A stretch of 39,688 bases of DNA from a virus, in IMG/VR virus record IMGVR_UViG_3300012933_000034, positions 1 through 39,688 of that record. One strand, 5' to 3'. How positions within the stretch are numbered: the stretch's first letter is position 1; every line of letters starts with the position of its first letter. A model generated the notes under the pieces. That model was not told the DNA's origin, made no database searches, and saw only the letters and a program-made list of their open reading frames with translations. The position numbers and the translations under genes were made by a program. This document shows, one piece after another, positions 37,377 through 39,688 of the stretch.

Positions 37377-38129
37377 ATGGCATCACTATCACCCCCACCA
37401 AAGCTACAGTTCTTCGGAACTGATGGTTTGCCTCTTGTTGGTGGCAAGCTGTATACCTATGCGGCTGGCACTACAACGCCATTGGCTACATATGTTGACC
37501 ATACTGGCACAACAACTAACACCAATCCAGTTATTTTGGATTCCAACGGTGAGGCTGATGTTTGGTTGCCCGACACCACTAGCTACAAGTATGTCTTAAA
37601 GACATCTGCTGATGTGTTGCTTTACACGGTTGATTACATTGCAGTACCCGTAACAACCAACTCTTTTGCTTCGCCACCACCAATTGGTAGCGATGTGCCT
37701 AATTCTGGCACGTTTACCACACTAAACGTCACAGATGCCGCTATCTTTGAAGACACAGCCAACTTCACCGAAGATGTGGAGTTTGATGCTGACGTAACGA
37801 TTTCAGGCCGCTTGTCTCTCACAGGTACAGGCGCTGCAAAGCTCAACGTAGGCACGACAGCCGAACGCCCTGCTTCACCCGTCAACGGTGACATTCGCTA
37901 CAACAGCTCCACATCCAAGTACGAAGGATACAGCGGTAGTTCGTGGGGTCAGTTGGGCGGCGGTGCTACTGGCGGCGGTGCTGACCAAATCTTCAACTTA
38001 AACGGTCAAACAGTCACAACCGACTACACTATCCCAACAGGCTTTAACGCCAGCACCGTTGGCCCTATCACCATTGCCTCTGGCATCACGGTTACTGTTC
38101 CTGATAGCAGCAACTGGGTCATCCTCTAA
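37377..38129 (+). CDS. Short tail fibre protein (second copy of 1155..1907)
   Basis: Identical translation at offset +36222. Confidence 0.7.
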   Translation: MASLSPPPKLQFFGTDGLPLVGGKLYTYAAGTTTPLATYVDHTGTTTNTNPVILDSNGEADVWLPDTTSYKYVLKTSADVLLYTVDYIAVPVTTNSFASPPPIGSDVPNSGTFTTLNVTDAAIFEDTANFTEDVEFDADVTISGRLSLTGTGAAKLNVGTTAERPASPVNGDIRYNSSTSKYEGYSGSSWGQLGGGATGGGADQIFNLNGQTVTTDYTIPTGFNASTVGPITIASGITVTVPDSSNWVIL

Positions 38130-38138
38130 GGAGTAAAT

Positions 38139-38735
38139 ATGAGTTCTGTTGTTCTTACTGGCGACACATCTGGGGCGGGGACTATCACCGTTCCTGCGGT
38201 CGCTGGCACATTCACTGCCACCATTGGTTCTGCCACTGGTACTCACTACCCGTTTACTGCTGGCACAGCGGTAGCCTCTACTTCTGGCACTTCAATTGAT
38301 TTCACTTCAATTCCGTCTTGGGTAAAGCGTATCACCGTGATGTTTATGGGCGTGTCTACTAGCGGAACATCTCAACTTTTAGTTCGTCTTGGTGATTCAG
38401 GCGGTATTGAAACAAGTGGGTATGTTGGTACAACAACTCAAATGGCAGATGCAAGTACATCAGCGAACTATTCACACGCTAGTAACAATGGTATTGTTAC
38501 CGATGGTGGAACTAACGCCGCAGCTATTAGGTACGGTGCGATTACACTTTCTTTAGCTAATGCTTCAACATATACATGGGTAAGTTCAGGAACAATTGCT
38601 CGTTCTGATGCCACCACTTGTTCTTTTATTGGTGGTTCAAAAGCACTATCTGACACACTCACTCAAGTACGCATCACCGCAGTGAACGGCACAGACACCT
38701 TCGACGCTGGTTCTATCAACATCTTGTACGAATAA
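38139..38735 (+). CDS. Tandem paralog 1 (second copy of 1917..2513)
   Basis: Identical translation at offset +36222. Confidence 0.7.
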   Translation: MSSVVLTGDTSGAGTITVPAVAGTFTATIGSATGTHYPFTAGTAVASTSGTSIDFTSIPSWVKRITVMFMGVSTSGTSQLLVRLGDSGGIETSGYVGTTTQMADASTSANYSHASNNGIVTDGGTNAAAIRYGAITLSLANASTYTWVSSGTIARSDATTCSFIGGSKALSDTLTQVRITAVNGTDTFDAGSINILYE

Positions 38736-38745
38736 AGGAAATATC

Positions 38746-38931
38746 ATGAAACGCATTGAAGTAAACATCGCAACTGGCGAAACAACTGAAGTTGAACTCA
38801 GCGCTGAAGAGCAAGCGCAAGCTCAAGCACAATACGCTGCTTGGGAAATTGAAGAAGCCGCTCGTCTGGTTGCTGTGGCGGCTGAAGAAGCCCGTCAAGC
38901 TAAATTTCAAGAGTGGTTGGAGACTCAATAA
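38746..38931 (+). CDS. 61-aa Ala/Glu-rich protein (second copy of 2524..2709)
   Basis: Identical translation at offset +36222. Confidence 0.55.
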   Translation: MKRIEVNIATGETTEVELSAEEQAQAQAQYAAWEIEEAARLVAVAAEEARQAKFQEWLETQ

Positions 38932-39515
38932 TGTCCAGCATCATCAACGCATCAACATCGTCTGGGTTAATCCAGACTGCTGACACCAGTGGAACGCTGG
39001 AGTTACAAAGCGGTGGCACGACTAAATTTACTGTTAGCTCTACAGGCGCTTATGGTCAAGTCGTGTCTAGCACTGCTGTTGCTTCAACTAGCGGCACAAG
39101 CATTGATTTCACCAGCATCCCATCATGGGCAAAAAGAATTACTGTGATTTTTAACGGTGTTTCTTTAAACAGCACCAGCAACTTTCTTATCCAACTTGGC
39201 GCTGGGTCTGTTACAACGTCTGGTTATTCGTCTTCTGGCTACGCGTATGGCGGCGCAGCAACATCAACAGCTGGCACAGTAATTATTAGTGGAGCAGCTT
39301 CTCGTTTAACAACCGCTAATACTGTAATTTGCCTTATTTCTAGCAACACTTGGGTAACTTCTTCTGTCTATGCGGGTGACCCCTCAGCTTCTGGTGGCGG
39401 CGTAAGTACAGGAACAATTACTCTTGGCGGTACTTTAGACCGTGTGCGTATCACAACCGTGAGTGGCACAGACACATTCGATGCAGGCAGCATCAACATC
39501 ATGTACGAGGGCTAA
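38931..39515 (+). CDS. Tandem paralog 2 (second copy of 2709..3293)
   Basis: Identical translation at offset +36222. Confidence 0.7.
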   Translation: MSSIINASTSSGLIQTADTSGTLELQSGGTTKFTVSSTGAYGQVVSSTAVASTSGTSIDFTSIPSWAKRITVIFNGVSLNSTSNFLIQLGAGSVTTSGYSSSGYAYGGAATSTAGTVIISGAASRLTTANTVICLISSNTWVTSSVYAGDPSASGGGVSTGTITLGGTLDRVRITTVSGTDTFDAGSINIMYEG

Positions 39516-39518
39516 ACC

Positions 39519-39688
39519 ATGTCAGTTGTAATCAACGGCTCCGCAGGGGTCACAACAAACTCAGGTGCTGTGTATAACGGCATCGCTTCTGGCACAGCCG
39601 TAGCAAGCACATCTGGCACAAGCATTGACTTTACGTCTATCCCTTCTTGGGTGAAGCGTATTACTGTGATGTTTAACGGTGTGTCTAC
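39519..39688 (+). CDS. Tandem paralog 3, 5' fragment cut by the window end (copy of 3297..3466)
   Basis: Nucleotides identical to 3297..3466 where checked. Runs off the window. Confidence 0.7.
   Translation, partial: MSVVINGSAGVTTNSGAVYNGIASGTAVASTSGTSIDFTSIPSWVKRITVMFNGVS

Larger units (their letters stand above)
36223..39688. repeat. Right copy of the 3,466-bp terminal direct repeat (partner 1..3466)
   Basis: Same as the left copy. The offset is exactly 36,222 bp. Confidence 0.95.

Noticed and set aside
36223-39688. A true biological duplication of the tail-fibre/paralog genes
   Set aside because: The copies appear identical and the repeat boundaries coincide with the window ends, cutting genes. 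This is the signature of circular or concatemeric overlap.

Overview
The window is one complete tailed-phage genome read about 1.1 times. Bases 1-3466 recur at 36223-39688 with identical ORF translations, so the unique unit is 36,222 bp (circular or concatemeric assembly, or terminal redundancy). All family assignments below come from motif recognition and by-eye alignment; no database search was run.

Gene layout:
- Late + strand operon (16817 -> 39688, continuing at 1 -> 6026). It is syntenic with phage P22: terS, terL, a 736-aa portal with a long C-terminal coiled coil, scaffold, P22-type coat, gp4-like adaptor and gp10-like tail hub. A 749-aa fibre sits in the needle position. Three ejection proteins of 236/485/618 aa follow (P22 gp7/gp20/gp16, as I recall them, are 229/471/609 aa). 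Next come a 250-aa short fibre, three tandem paralogs of an unrecognised ~180-200-aa protein, and a lysis cassette (membrane proteins, holin candidate, Rz with embedded Rz1, M15 peptidase endolysin).
- Leftward early operon on the - strand (10852 -> 6023). It carries Erf, a YqaJ exonuclease, a mini SSB-like protein, two HNH-AP2 homing endonucleases, a lipoprotein, a winged-helix protein and small unknown ORFs.
- Rightward early/middle operon (10996 -> 16624). It carries a Cro-like HTH, a 43-aa Cys-rich lipopeptide-like ORF, MazG, a long hairpin plus T9, a replication-organiser candidate with internal iteron-like repeats, a VRR-NUC-like nuclease, DUF3310, NinB, a QueD-like protein, a TGT/DpdA-like protein and DUF1364.

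Not found: tRNA, rRNA, CRISPR array, integrase, recognisable CI repressor, DNA polymerase or helicase.

Most interesting candidates:
1. A glycosyltransferase-like gene plus a cupin-SET (lysine methyltransferase) fusion, inserted in the virion operon at 31588-33335.
2. A QueD-like gene lacking the catalytic Cys loop, coupled to a minimal TGT/DpdA-like gene (15259-16325). This suggests 7-deazaguanine-type DNA modification.
3. The triplicated conserved-frame, variable-centre paralog cassette next to the short fibre (1917-3827).
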